The notes under the pieces were generated by a model. The model was not told the origin of the DNA, ran no database searches, and worked only from the letters and a program-made list of their open reading frames with translations. From Lama guanicoe (Eukaryota): 64,000 nt of DNA. Shown in pieces: positions 1 through 13,045 of this stretch. The stretch's first letter is position 1; every line of letters begins with the position of its first letter. The stretch lies in NCBI GenBank assembly GCA_013239625.1, contig MU055609.1, positions 9,877,171 to 9,941,170 on the forward strand. Direction: 5' to 3'. A program made the position numbers and the translations under genes.

Positions 1-263
1 CCCAGGACCATATGGCCAGAAGGAAACGGTGCAGGGATTGGAAGCCAGATCTACATGACTTCAAAGCCAATGGGCCACACCACCTTCAGTCCCTCCTCCC
101 GGGCCTAGTTCCCTGCTCCACGCACAGTACATCTCATGGATGTTTGCGGGGTTCAGCTTCTTTGGGTCCGGAGGACCCCCCCAAGACTCCATGAAAATTT
201 CCAGAGGGCACTCTGGAGCAGAAGGAGCCTGAGTGGCTGGAGCTTCAGGACACAAGCCAGAGT

Positions 264-383
264 AGGGAGGGTACAGCTCAGCAGTAGAGCACGTGCTTAG
301 CATGCACAAGGTAATTATGTATTAGGTAAATGTAATTACCTAATTACGTCCTCCTCCCTCACAAAAAAAATTTTAAAAAAAAA
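264..383 (+). mobile_element. tRNA-derived SINE, camelid Vic-1-like, internally rearranged
   Basis: Starts GGGAGGGTACAGCTCAGCAGTAGAGCACGTGCTTAGCATGCAC (tRNA-like, A box); ends ACCTAATTAC..CCC plus A-rich tail; CAAGCCAGAG flanks both sides (253-262, 389-398). Confidence 0.8.
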
Positions 384-854
384 GAACCCAAGCCAGAGAA
401 CACAGCTGTGTGTGCAGACATGCACACAGAGATATGCGCGCACCAACACACACACACACACAGCCCTCTTTCAATAGGAGCAGGGCCAGTCTCATTGCGT
501 GTCCATTTAAGATCTATCTGAACAGAAGATGCTGCTGCTAAAAACCACCTCAGGAGCAAACCATCGCCTCCTGAGCCTCTCCAGGGGAAGGGTCCCTAAT
601 TCCCCCATGTCTTCCTAGGGGCAGGGCAGCATGGCCTCTACAACTCCTCCCACCTCCTCCCACTCCAGTCCCTTGGTGCCAGAGCAGGACTTCTGGCTGA
701 CCCGGCAGGTGGGGCTGAGAATGGGGCTGGGCATGGGTGGGGAAGTGCTGGCAAGATTCGGTGCAGCCAAGGGCAAGGCATAGGGCGCAGTGTGGGTGAG
801 ATGATCCAGAGAGAGACAGGTTGGGGGCAGGGAGGAGAGTACTCCCGCCAGAAA

Positions 855-1376
855 TGGTTAACCTGCACCTAATCATAAGAAAACGCTCAGACAAATCCAA
901 ATCAGGAGACGTTTCACTAAACAACCAATCTAGAGTCCTCAAAAATGTCAGTGTCATGAAAGACGACCCAAAGGGCTGGGAAACTACTCTAGATTAAAGA
1001 AGACTGAAGAGACATAACAACTAAAAATAAAATGTTCTAGAGGACATTATTTAGAAAATTGGGAAAATCTGAATGCAGACTATGTATTAGATAATAATAG
1101 TGTCCAAGTTACACTCTTAGGGCAATAATTGTATTGTGGTCATATAGGAGAATGTCCTTTTTTAAGAGATACATACTGAAGTTTGAGGGATGAAGGTCTG
1201 GTATTTACTCACAAATGGTGAGAGAGGGAAAGGGAGAGAGGGAAGGGTGGGGAGGACAGAAGGAGGGAGGAGGGGGAAAATGTGTTCACAATGGAAGAAT
1301 CTAGGAAAAGGGTACAGAGTATTTGTTGTATGACTCTTACAACTTCTCTGTTCTTCAGATTTTTTCAAAATAAAAA
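855..1376 (+). mobile_element. Old LINE-1 3' end (L1MC/L1ME type)
   Basis: AATCATAAGAAAAC..CAGACAAATCCAAA..AAAAATGTCAGTGTCATGAAAGAC..AGATTAAAGAAGACTGAAGAGACAT resembles L1MC4/5 3'UTR; ends TTTCAAAATAAAA. Confidence 0.75.
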
Positions 1377-2134
1377 GGGGGTGGCTAGACTGAGAAAATA
1401 GAAGGCATCCCCCAAGCAGAAGTAGGCATGACCACAGGGTTGTTGGGGGAAACCCTGGGGCCAGGTATCACCAAAGGAGAAGGGGAGGGAGTGGGGGTGG
1501 GCCTCCTAAGCCAGATACCACAGGGCTTTGAAATCCCGGAGGGAGTTTAGTCCTGATCCCACGGAGCTCTGGGCAATGAGAGGAGGGAGATGAGGTCTAG
1601 GGGCGATATGAGGGCAGCAGGCTAGGTGGAGCGATCTTGAGAGAGGGAGACAGAGACAGACAGACACAGAGACGGAGGGAAAGGCTGGAAGCAGGAAGGA
1701 GCTGAAAGAGAGGCCTGGCCACGTGCCATGGGGGGAGATGGACAAGAGGAATCTGAGTGCTCGAGCACGAGCCGTCCTGGTGACAAGTGGGAAGGCCGGT
1801 AAGTGAGCAGGTGGTGAAGGCTCCCGGACATGGACAGCAGCTCACTCGTGCTGGCCCCTGTGGCATAGGCACGCACTCGGGGTTGCTCGCAGCGTGGCGA
1901 GGCGGCCAGGACCCACCCCTACAACCGCTGGGTGCCTCCGCTCCTTCATGCGTGGAAGAGGGGCGATAGCCATGCCCACTCTCCCGATTGGCTGTCGTGA
2001 ACATCTGGTAAGCTGGTGCACGTGCGGTGCCCAGAAAGCACATAAGAAACATTGGCTATTCCACTAACAACCCGCTAACATTCATCTACGAAGTGGGAAT
2101 TCACACATTGACCCCACAAAGACCGTCGGGCCCT

Positions 2135-2870
2135 TTGCTGGGCAATACTCTGTTCAAGGTGCGGACGATGCAGCTGTGAATAAAATAGTCAGAAATCCCT
2201 GCCCTCGGGACATTAAACAATTAATTAAATTAAATTAAAAAAATTAAAAAAACATTAAACGATTAAAATATACAGTGTGTAAGATGCAGGAAGCACTACA
2301 GGGAAGGATAAAGCAGGAGGGGGACCGGCTTGCTGAGGGGAGGGCACGGGGGTGCTGTCCGGGAAAACGTCTCACCAGAAAGGTGCCACCCGAACAAAAA
2401 CAACAAAGAGGTGAGGGAGGGGAGACCTGTCCAGACAGAAGGAATAGTGAGGGCAAAGTTTCTCAGACTGAGGTGCAACCAGGAGGCCAGGATGGAGTGA
2501 GAAGGGAGGTCGGGGAAAGAAGGCGGGGATGGATCATGGAGGACTCTTCAGCCACTGTAAGAATTTTACTTCTCTGAGTGACTGGGAGGCCACTGTGGCG
2601 CTAGGGGCACAGGAGTGGGAGGACCTGAAGACCATCTAACAGACCACTGTGGCTCCAATGTTGAGAACACCCTGAAGGGAACAAGGGCAGGAGCGCAGAG
2701 ACCAGTTAGGAGGTTAATTTAATAACTGGGAGCAAAACGATGTTTCTTGGACACAGATGGCAGCAGAGGAGGCTGAGAAGTGGAGGGATTACGGGTAGGG
2801 CTTTGAAGGAAGAGTCGGCAGGGTTTTCTGACAGAGCATCATACAACCACCCGCTGGTTGTGTGACGCCG
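2135..2870 (-). mobile_element. L2 LINE fragment
   Basis: Antisense L2 motifs: CTGTGAATAAAATAGTCAGAAATCCCTGCCCTC, GGATCATGGAGG..CCACTGTAAG, GAGACCAGTTAGGAGG. Confidence 0.7.
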
Positions 2871-3833
2871 GAGGAAGGTGTTTGGAGAAGCTCCATGTTG
2901 ATGCCATGCTGCAGGGACCAGATGGAAGGCACCTGACGATCCCATTAAAAGCCTCTCCACTGTGGCCAAGCAAGAAAGGGGTGTCCCGGGGGCCTGCGAG
3001 CCCCTCCCCACCACNNNNNNNNNNNNNNNNNNNNNNNNNNNNNNNNNNNNNNNNNNNNNNNNNNNNNNNNNNNNNNNNNNNNNNNNNNNNNNNNNNNNNN
3101 NNNNNNNNNNNNNNNNNNNNNNNNNNNNNNNNNNNNNNNNNNNNNNNNNNNNNNNNNNNNNNNNNNNNNNNNNNNNNNNNNNNNNNNNNNNNNNNNNNNN
3201 NNNNNNNNNNNNNNNNNNNNNNNNNNNNNNNNNNNNNNNNNNNNNNNNNNNNNNNNNNGGGGCGGCTCGTCCAGCCCTCATTCCTGCCTGGGGATGATAG
3301 GCCCAGGCCAGGCAATGAAGGGGCAGGCTGGCTGGCACAGTCAAGGCAGAAGGGCTGGCCCACCATTGCCCTGGGCTGGAAATCAAGGCTCAGAGAGGGA
3401 AGGGGAACTGACCCAAGACATACAGGTAACCCCAACCCCATCATGGTCTTTCACATCTTTCAGGTTGAATTGCAGGCATCTCAGCCTCCTCTGTGTGGCT
3501 CTCCACCATCCAGACCCTACAGACCTGTGCCCTCTCCCCCACCTCCCACGCCAGCCATTCAGAGCAATTTAAGGCCCCAAACACACCTGGTGCTAAACTT
3601 ATTGTCACCACTGTGCTGTTGCCCACACCATTCCTCTGCCTGCCACACCTTTTTTTAACTCCAATTCATTCTTCAAAACCTGGTTCAAGGTTCACCTCCA
3701 CCACAGCCTTCTTGTTTTAAGGCTAAGAGCCTGAGGCCTAAGCCCAGGGAGTACTGGAACAGCCAGTTACTGGCTAAACGACTCCGGAAACTCCTTAACC
3801 TTCACAGGGCTAGTTTTCTCATCTGTAAGATGA

Positions 3834-4305
3834 TGCAGTAGGCTGAATAACACCCCCGCCCAAAGATGTCCACGTCCTAATGCCTGGAACCTGTGAATAT
3901 GTTACCTAATGTAGTAAAAGAGACTTTGCAGATGGGATTAAGTTAAGGGTTTTAAAATGGGGAGATTATCTGGGATTATCTGGGCGGGCCCAATGTAATC
4001 ACAGGGGTCCCTATAAAAGGGAGGCAAAGGGTCAGAGTGAGAGCAGGAGACATTATGGCAGAAGCAGAGACTGGAGTGATGCAAGGGCCCTAAGCTGAGA
4101 AACCCAGGCAGCCTCTAGAAGCTAAAAAGTCAAGTTTTGCCCTCATTGCCTCTAGACAGCACCAGCCCTGCCAACCCCTTGACTTTAGTCTAGTGAACCA
4201 GTTTCTGGACTTTTAACTCCAAAACTGTAAGAAAACAGCTTTGTGTTGTTTTAAACCACTAAGTTTTGTGGGAATTTGTTACAGCAACAACAGGAAACAA
4301 ATTCA
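3834..4305 (+). mobile_element. MaLR solo LTR (MLT1D-like) inserted into a MIR
   Basis: TG...CA ends; CCCAAAGATGTCCACGTCCTAAT..GGAACCTGTGAATATGTTACC..GGGCCCAATGTAATCAC; 5-bp target duplication GATGA at 3829-3833 and 4306-4310; MIR core AGTTTTCTCATCTGTAA just upstream. Confidence 0.9.
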
Positions 4306-4999
4306 GATGAGTGCAATGCTGGCGCCTAACTGCTGGGCTCTTCTAAAGATCAAATCGCATTCCACATAGAGAGCCCTTAGCATGGCACCTGGGACAGAGA
4401 AGGGACTCAGGAGTGTTGGGTGTCCAATCTGGGGCTCCCACAGCCCCTGAGCCCTTAGCAGTCCCTGACAACTAGGTCTTCAGTTGCCTGCTTCCATCTC
4501 TGCCCCCGCAGGCTGTGAGCAGTTTGAGTGCAGACTCACGGTGCCACATCAGTCCTGGTATCACCATCTCTAGCCGCAGAGCAAGTGCTCAATAGGCGTG
4601 CAGTGAATGGATGAACACGTGCTAGCATCTGCCCCCACACTGTGTGGCTTTAGTCATATAGTAGAATGCAGAAGAATCCCAGACAGAGTAAGATGATTTC
4701 AAATTCTAGAATCCATGGGACCAAAACTCAGAAGCCAGAACAAGATCTCTGGAAATGGTTGGGTCCTGTAAGGCAGCCAGGTGGATGTCTGATCACCCAG
4801 CTGGTCCTGTTTCCACTTAGATCTCCAGGTGGCTCCTCCTTGCTGCCAGTGTAAGAGGCAGTTCCCAGAGACAGGTTACTACCTCTGGATGTAGTTCACA
4901 CATCTGGCTGCTGCCTCCAAGTCAGAGGCAGTGGCTGTAAAAGCAGCGCGTGTGTGGTGGGCAGCCTGAGGCATAGATCATGGTGATGAAGTCGACGGT

Positions 5000-5215
5000 C
5001 ACCATTTAATGGCCTTTACCATGGGCCAGACATGGTGTAAAGCACTTTGCATCATTGTTTCATTTCATGCTCAAGTGTCTATTATTATTCCCATTTACTA
5101 GGGAAGAAATGGAAGTTCAGACTAGTTACACAATTTGCCCAGAGTCACATAGCTCACAAGTAGCTGGGCCAAGATTCAAACCCCAGTCTGTTTATCTCCA
5201 GCCTCCACTGTCCAT
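5000..5215 (-). mobile_element. MIR SINE
   Basis: TTATTCCCATTTAC..GAAGAAATGGAAG..TTGCCCAGAGTCACATAGCT..GATTCAAACCCCAG is the antisense MIR core. Confidence 0.75.
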
Positions 5216-5353
5216 CAAACTGTTGAGTTCTCAGATTGTGCTGTCTCCTCTCCAGAAGCTGGATGGGACCTCAGGACAGTTAGCTTGGTGAATTTGTCTG
5301 TGCCCTCCTCTAGATTCATTCAACAAACATTTGTCAAAACTCCTCTGGGTCAG

Positions 5354-6312
5354 ACAAACAGCTCATACAACTCAATTTAAAAAAAAAAAAATCAAAAAAT
5401 GAGCAGAACACCCAAACAGACATTTCTCCAACGAAGACATACAGACAGCCAACAGGAACATGAAAAGATGTTCATTATCACTAGTCATCAGAGAAATGCA
5501 AACAGAACTACAATAAGGTATCAGCTCACACCAGTCAGAATAGCCATCATTAAAAAGTCTACAAACAATAAATGCTGGAGAGGGTGTGGAGAAAAGGGAA
5601 CCCTGTGCACTGTTGGTGGGAATGTAATTTGGTGCAGCCATTATGGAAAACGATATGGAGGGTCCTTTAAGAAACTAAAAATATAGAGTTACCCTATGGC
5701 CCAGCAATCCCACTCCTGGGCATATATCTAGAGGAAACTCTAATTTGAAGAGNNNNNNNNNNNNNNNNNNNNNNNNNNNNNNNNNNNNNNNNNNNNNNNN
5801 NNNNNNNNNNNNNNNNNNNNNNNNNNNNNNNNNNNNNNNNNNNNNNNNNNNNNNNNNNNNNNNNNNNNNNNNNNNNNNNNNNNNNNNNNNNNNNNNNNNN
5901 NNNNNNNNNNNNNNNNNNNNNNNNNNNNNNNNNNNNNNNNNNNNNNNGTGAAATAAGACAGAGAAAGAAAAATATCATGTGGTATCACTTATATGTGGAA
6001 TGTTAAAAAAACGACACAAATAAACTTATTTACAAAACAGAAATAGACTCACAGACATAGAAAACAAACTTATGGTTACCAAAGTGGAAAGAGTGGGGAT
6101 AAATTAGGAATTTGGGATTAACAGATACACCGGACTGTACAGAAAATAAATAAACAACAAGGACCTACTATATAGCACAGGGAGCGATATTCAATAGCTT
6201 GTAATAACCTGTAATGAAAAAGAATATATGTATGTATAAATAAATCACTTTGCACACCAGAAACTAACACAACACTGTAAATCAACTATACTTCAATCAA
6301 GAAAAAAAAAAA
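5354..6312 (+). mobile_element. 5'-truncated LINE-1 (ORF2 C-terminus plus 3'UTR) inserted into an L2
   Basis: Translation [31 protein letters not shown] matches L1 ORF2 C-terminus; poly(A) tail; near-perfect TSD AAAACTCCTCTGGGTCAG (5336-5353) / AAAACCTCCCCTGGGTCAG (6309-6327); internal N-gap. Confidence 0.92.
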
Positions 6313-6327
6313 CCTCCCCTGGGTCAG

Positions 6328-6780
6328 GACTTGCTCTATACACTGGAGGCAGAGAGGCAACCCAGCCCAGTGGGAGACACATCCTGAGAAATCACAACGT
6401 GGTGGTAAGTGCTGGGATAGTGGAACACAAGAGGCCATGAGGACGCAGGCATGGGCATCAAGATCTGAGGAGCATCAGAAATAAAACTTCCTTGGCAACA
6501 ACAAACACATGGGGTGTGGAGGGAGGCACGTCCTTTGAAGGGGAACCTCCAAGCCAAGGAAATTGCATATGCCAAGGCCCAGAGGCAAGAGTAGGGAACA
6601 TTCAGGAAAACACAGGTCACTTGGGGTGGCGGAAGCAGGGTAGATTAGGGAGTGACAAAGCTGGAGCTTGAGCAGGGGCCACGTGCAGACCACACAACTG
6701 AGAAGGCCAAGGGCAATGGGACACTATGGAAAGAGTTTAAACAAGGGAAAGATTTGGCCAAATTTTATGATCTTTCTAAA
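6328..6780 (-). mobile_element. L2 fragment, continuation of the element starting near 5313
   Basis: ATTCATTCAACAAACATTTG (antisense L2 tail) precedes the L1; L2-like purine-rich sequence follows it. Confidence 0.6.
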
Positions 6781-6809
6781 ATAATAATAATAACAACACC
6801 TTTCTCTTT

Positions 6810-7040
6810 TCCAGTACTTGTTACGTCTCAGCCACTCTTCTAATCACTCTATGTGGATTAATTCACTGAATCCTCATTACAACATTGCCACTAACATATA
6901 ACATCCCAGTTTACAGAGAAGGAAACTGTAGCACAGAGAGGCTGAGTAAGTTACCCAAGGTCACACAGCTAGTAAATAAGAGGCAGAAATTAGATTTGAA
7001 CCCAGGTGATCCGGTTCTAGAGCTCAGGTGCTCATTCCAC
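6810..7040 (-). mobile_element. MIR SINE
   Basis: TTTACAGAGAAGGAAACTGTAGCACAGAGAGG..TTACCCAAGGTCACACAGCTAGTAA..ATTTGAACCCAGG. Confidence 0.85.
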
Positions 7041-8164
7041 TGAACTCTTCTCCTTGGAGGCAGGGTTTAGATGTACCTAGATGACACCAGGACCCAGCGC
7101 AGAGCAAAGCAAAGAGGAAGTATCCAGGAATTCGGGGCTAGGCTGCCAGGCAAGAGGACCTGATTCAGGCGAGGCACCCTGCTCTCCAAGCTGCTCTGGG
7201 TCCAAGGCCATCGGTTAACTACACACATCCCAGCCTCACTTGGACTCACTGCCCAGCGCCCACCCACAGTGCAGTGAGTTCTCAGGGCAGCGCCTTATCT
7301 TCCCAGATTTCTCTGGGGTTTCTCCCAGCTCCGATTTCCTGGAAGGCCTTTCCGCTTTGCTGCAGATCCTATCTCCCCGTGTGTTCCCCATTAGCAAAGT
7401 GATTAGCACTCGTCCATTTGCATAAGCACAGAGGCCCCCCCCAACCAAGTAAGCCATGGCCTCTGCTTGGCTGGAAAGGGGATCCCTCTGCAAAACCTGC
7501 CCAGTGCCTTGTTGGAAGCCACTTGTCCTCTCAAGGTGCCTCAGTTTCCTTATCTTTAAAGTGGGGATAAATGATCCCATGCTCTACATGGGGCTGTTGT
7601 GAGGATTACACATGATGATATATATGAACAATGGGTAATCAATAAACTACCATACATGAAGGGTATTACTACTATTGATGTCAGTATCACTGCCATTCAA
7701 ACAATCATTGCAATTAAGGAAAAACACAGAGTGAAAAGTTCAACTCTGCGGCCGTCATTCTGAACAGCAAAAAGAAACACACCATATTAATCACTGACAG
7801 GCTACTACTTAGCTGGTGGTAAGCTGGGAGATTTCATATGCTTTCCCACCTAATTCTCACAATTTCTGTATGAAGTAAGAATTGTCCCCTTTTTATAGAT
7901 GAGAAAACTGAGCTGCAGAGATGTCAGGTCACCTAACCAAGGTCACTTACCCTATAAGTGGCTTTGAAGCCAGGTCTACCTGGCTGCATAAGCCTGGACT
8001 TGCTCTTCGGGACCATACTGGCCCCAGACCTAGTCAACCCTAGACCCAGGTCTTCTCTGAAACGCAGAGAAAGCTATGAGCATTTGTGGCACTGCCACTG
8101 ACCACAGTCCTCAGATTCATAAAGCAGATCGACAGGAAGTGTTGTTGTGCAAAATAATACAAAT

Positions 8165-8370
8165 GACTTAACAGACGCCAGCGTTCATAAAGTCAGTCCT
8201 CACAACAACCCTATAAGGCAGGTAATCCCCATTTTCTTGATGAGGAAACTGAGGCACAGAGAGGTGGAGTGACTTGCCCAAGCTCATACAACTACGTGAA
8301 AGAGCCAGGATTTGACCCTGGGTACTCTGGCTCCAGACCATGTGCCTTACCCTTAACCTCCACACACAGT
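8165..8370 (-). mobile_element. MIR SINE, well preserved
   Basis: CCTCACAACAACCCTATAAGG..CCCCATTTT..GATGAGGAAACTGAGGCACAGAGAGG..GACTTGCCCAAG. Confidence 0.9.
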
Positions 8371-8405
8371 ACTGGAGATGCTGAGAGATGAGATATGTCC
8401 CCCTA

Positions 8406-8406
<1 letters not shown>

Positions 8407-8450
<44 letters not shown>
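8407..8450. repeat. (CA)n microsatellite
   Basis: Uninterrupted AC run of about 22 units. Confidence 0.95.
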
Positions 8451-8453
<3 letters not shown>

Positions 8454-10979
8454 AGCGCGGCATTCCTGATGAGCCAGGCCACTGTACCTTTTATGACACA
8501 GCCCCACCTTCCACCATGTTGTATCCAGATGTCCCCAGGTGAGAATATATGGGGGAGGTACATGCCCGCGTTCCAAGGCACCAGGTTCCCAAAGCCCACT
8601 GCGGAAGGAGCCATCCCGATGCATGGGAGGTCAGGCAGCATCAGGACCCCACTTCTCTGTCGGCCTTGCTGCTGGTCAAATACCACGGGCCTCAGATTGT
8701 GCTCACGATATGAAGACTTGCCGCTGCTCTCCAGAGCCCTCACTGTAGTCCATCTATTACCCTTTAGAAGGGACTCAGTGGTCCTGGCTAGGAGAAACAG
8801 ATATATGGGGCCACGATTCTCCCTGCACTCAGCAGGCATGCGTCCCCAGCTTTTTCTCTTTTGAGGAGAGAAAAGCACTCCAGGCCTCTCAGCCTCCACC
8901 TTGCCCCATGGATCCTGGGTGTTTGGGCCCTGCTTCTCTTTCCAGGGACAATCTGGGAACCCAACAGGCATGGGAAATGCCCCACACTCCACCCATCCAG
9001 GACGCAGACCTCAGAGCCACCCATTCCATCCTCAGCATCCCAGGACCAAGGCTCCTCCCAGACTCAGGGGATCACCTGGGAGCCCCAACGCAGCAGCTCC
9101 AGCATGAGGAGTCTTTGTGGATGACAAAGACTTTCTAGGACTTTGCTTCCAGGAACTTGACTGACTAGCAGAATTTAACAAGAGAGCGTCTCTGTCTACA
9201 GAAGCAGCCCAGTTGGGAAAAAAAGAAAGAGGAAAAAATCTATTTTGCAGGTGTGAACACACTGCCAAGAAAATAGGCTACTAAGTGCTTAGCCCTGAAG
9301 CCCAGGCCTCCCTCATCTCATTTATCCATTTGTTCCTCAGATCAATGCCCACTGGACAAAGAAGCCAATGAACTATAGTCAGCACAAGCTCAGGATTCTA
9401 GCACCTGAGTTCTGTCAGTGCCTTTCTACGTGACCTTAAGAAGGGTTTTCCATCCCTGGGCCCCTGTAAGATGAGGGTATTGGCCTCTCGCCCTCCCAGA
9501 ACTGAATGATACAGATGTCAAGGGATCTGGCCCAGCACAACTCTGCTCTTCCCAGCTCCAGAGTCTCGAAGCAGCACTCACTAGTGTCCAGATATGGTCA
9601 CAGAAGGTGGTCCCTCCCCCATCTCTCATTCCAACTTGCCCACATCTTGTCTCTTCGGTAAGAAAGAGGAAAACCTGACTCCAAGACAGGCTGAGAGAAG
9701 ATTCACAGGACAGAGGGGCCTGCCAGGGGGTGGGCCTACTGGCTGGAAGCCCCTGTTTTGAGCCAAGCAATTGTCCCCTTAATTAAAGACATGCCCTGGA
9801 TCATGGAGCAGCCAGTGGGGACTGACTCATTCACACTCAGACCAAGAGCCAGGCTTGGACAAGAAGCCTGCTGCTCTCTGGCTCAGGGGAGGAGGTGGAC
9901 CTGTTTATGGAAATGACTTGAGCTTTTCTCCCCCTAGGAACAATTTTTTGGTGGAGTAAACAAAACAGGATTCTGTCATACTCTAAACCAAGAAGTTCAA
10001 GTCTCCTTCCAGCCTCTTTCCCTGGGGTTCCCTCCTCTATGGGAGCATGAGGTGTGGGGACAACGGGACACAGAGGGACAGAATTCCTCAGGTAAAATGA
10101 CAGCCCTGAAGAAGACTCTCTCCCCATATGCACCCTTTCAGTATTCAACCAGGGTTGAGATAAGCTGACGTGAGCATTCCTGATCCCACTTTCTCTCAGG
10201 GGGCCTCCCGTGTGACTGGGGAGACACAAGGCAGCCCACCCCTAAAGAGAGGATGACAGGAAACCCTAGTCCCACACACTCACTACAGAAGCATCAGCTA
10301 AAGCTGTCATCACAGAGATGATGGGCCCTGTGGGAGGAGGGAAGGGTGATGAATGGGTGGGGGAGGGTCCCTGCTCATCCTGTTCCCAATGACCCAGTCA
10401 AGAGGCTTGCCAAGGGCCCCCTCCCACTGAAAGACGCAATCAGGGGAACCACATGTGTATTTGCATAATATTTGCATTCAATTTGCTTCCAATTTACATA
10501 AGTCCCTACCCTGGGCCCATCCTCTCGGGCAATTCTCTTGGTGAACATGCCCCTCCTGTCCTGGAAAGAGCCAGCCTTGTCTCAGCACCCCTGAAGGCTC
10601 CTCTCTTAACCTGCATAGGTCACCTAGGACATGGGGTAGGGGGTAGGAACAAGCTGGATTCCCAAGGATCAATCAAGCATGCCAGGCTGGCCGGGGGCAT
10701 ACAGAAGGACACACAGCTAAGACAAAGCCCAAGGAGGGGCAGGAGGGTAGGAGAGGTGCCGTCGTTCTCCACGGTCTCCACGTGCTACCTCTCCCCACTC
10801 CCTGATCCCTCTCCCCTTCAACAAAGCACTGGGACCATTAGAAAAAGGGGTGCAAATTCTGACCGGGGCAGTGAAATCAAGGAAGATCTTAAGAAGAGTG
10901 GGATGTGAATAGGTAAATAGAGACACAGTGGTGAAGGACAGAGGCCATTCACCCATTGCATGACTTAGCTATTCATTTC

Positions 10980-11220
10980 ACAGATTAGACAGATAGACAG
11001 GTAGATATTAGATAGATAGACAGGTAGATAGATAAATAGATATAGATAGCTAGATAGACAGACAGACAGACAGACAGTAGCTAATAGATGGGTGATTAAT
11101 GATTGATAGAAAATAGATAAATGAATGATAGATGATAAATAATTGATAGATAATAGATACACAGGTGATAAATGATGGATAGATGATGATGATCATGACA
11201 GATAGATAGACAGACAGATG
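10980..11220. repeat. Degenerate (GATA/GACA)n microsatellite
   Basis: TAGATAGACAGGTAGATAGATAAATAGATA... directly visible. Confidence 0.9.
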
Positions 11221-11939
11221 CTACTACTAGCCCAGCTCTGTGCCAGGTAACAGAAGTGCAGTGACGGGTTAAGCATGCTCCCTCCAGCCAGTGAGACAGA
11301 CAAGCAAGCAATTAATTAAAATTCAGAGTGGTGAGTGCTATGCTGGAGAGATGTACAAATTGTTGTGGGAGCACAGAGGAGGGAACTGTTAATTCAACTG
11401 GACAAGGTGATGTGGAAAGATGTGAAAGAGACAGTGTCACAAAAGTGTGACATTTGAACTGAGTGTCCTGGAGGATAAAGAGAAAAATCACCAACAGGAA
11501 AGGGTATAGGGAAGAACATTCCAGGCAGGGGAAGTGATCTGAGACAAGGCATGAAGGTATGGACAAAATACAAAAAGGCCAGACAGAGAGAGGGAATTCA
11601 GGAAAGAGACAGTAAGACTGAAATTCTGGAAAGCAAACCAGGCCAAAGAGGTCTCTGGTGGAAGACCAGGACAACTGCAGAGTCTAGAAAAACCCCTCTG
11701 AGCTAAAAAATGTGGTTATAGATGCTTTGTAGAAACTACCTACAGTTTCAAAGGGATATTTCAAAATTGGAAAGCTGAGAGGTTGGGGAGGCCACTCAGA
11801 GAACTGGGGGAACTGAGGTGAAGAAATAAGAGATACGTAAAGAAAATGGTGAAGGATGGATGGATGGATGGACGGATGGATGGAAAAGTTGAATCCATTA
11901 TCTAGCACTCCATCTTTATAATAGTGGATGAATTAAGAG

Positions 11940-12890
11940 ATCTTGGTGATGATTTTGTTCATCTGACACCAAAAGCAAAAGCAACAAAAGAAAAAATAAA
12001 CACGTGGGACTACATCTAAANNNNNNNNNNNNNNNNNNNNNNNNNNNNNNNNNNNNNNNNNNNNNNNNNNNNNNNNNNNNNNNNNNNNNNNNNNNNNNNN
12101 NNNNNNNNNNNNNNNNNNNNNNNNNNNNNNNNNNNNNNNNNNNNNNNNNNNNNNNNNNNNNNNNNNNNNNNNNNNNNNNNNNNNNNNNNNNNNNNNNNNN
12201 NNATTTTTCCAAAGACAGACAGATGGCCAATAGGTACATAAAAAGATGTTCTACATCATTGGGGNNNNNNNNNNNNNNNNNNNNNNNNNNNNNNNNNNNN
12301 NNNNNNNNNNNNNNNNNNNNNNNNNNNNNNNNNNNNNNNNNNNNNNNNNNNNNNNNNNNNNNNNNNNNNNNNNNNNNNNNNNNNNNNNNNNNNNNNNNNN
12401 NNNNNNNNNNNNNNNNNNNNNNNNNNNNNNNNNNNNNNNNNNNNNNNNNNNNNNNNNNNNNNNNNNNNNNNNNNNNNNNNNTATTTCCTTGAAGGAAACG
12501 AAAACACTAACTCAAAAAGATATCNNNNNNNNNNNNNNNNNNNNNNNNNNNNNNNNNNNNNNNNNNNNNNNNNNNNNNNNNNNNNNNNNNNNNNNNNNNN
12601 NNNNNNNNNNNNNNNNNNNNNNNNNNNNNNNNNNNNNNNNNNNNNNNNNNNNNNNNNNNNNNNNNNNNNNNNNNNNNNNNNNNNNNNNNNNNNNNAACAA
12701 CATGGTCAGCCCTTGAGGGCATTATGCTAAGTGAAACAAGTCAGACTGAAAAAGACAAATACCCTATGATCTCTCATTATGTGTAATATAAATAAATAAG
12801 AAAGTAAATAAACAAGTAAATAACCAAGCTCAGAGATACAGAGAACAGATCGGTGGTTGTAGAAGTTGGCAATGGAGTGGGAGAAATGGA
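11940..12890 (+). mobile_element. LINE-1 fragment (ORF2 end and 3'UTR), mostly N
   Basis: TGACACCAAAAGCAAAAGCAACAAAAG..GGGACTACATC; peptide FSKDRQMANRYIKRCSTSL; CCTTGAGGGCATTATGCTAAGTGAAA. Confidence 0.85.
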
Positions 12891-12984
12891 TGAACTGTTT
12901 TTGGGGGGGGTGTTTACATAAATTGAAAGAAGTAGTGAATAGGTGGTCGCTGGTGGATGGATCAGCATATATGATAAGGAAAGG

Positions 12985-13045
12985 GGGAAAGGGAGGAAGG
13001 GAGGAAGGAAGGAAGGAAGGAAGGAAGGAAAAGAGGAGGGAAGAG
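12985..13045. repeat. (GGAA)n purine microsatellite
   Basis: GGAAGGAAGGAAGGAAGGAAGG run. Confidence 0.9.

Noticed and set aside
264-310. tRNA gene
   Set aside because: Only the 5' half is tRNA-like; no T-arm/B box; has a poly(A) tail and TSD, so it is a SINE.
8168-8992. 274-aa minus-strand ORF
   Set aside because: Runs through a (TG)n microsatellite and a MIR; no protein-like features.
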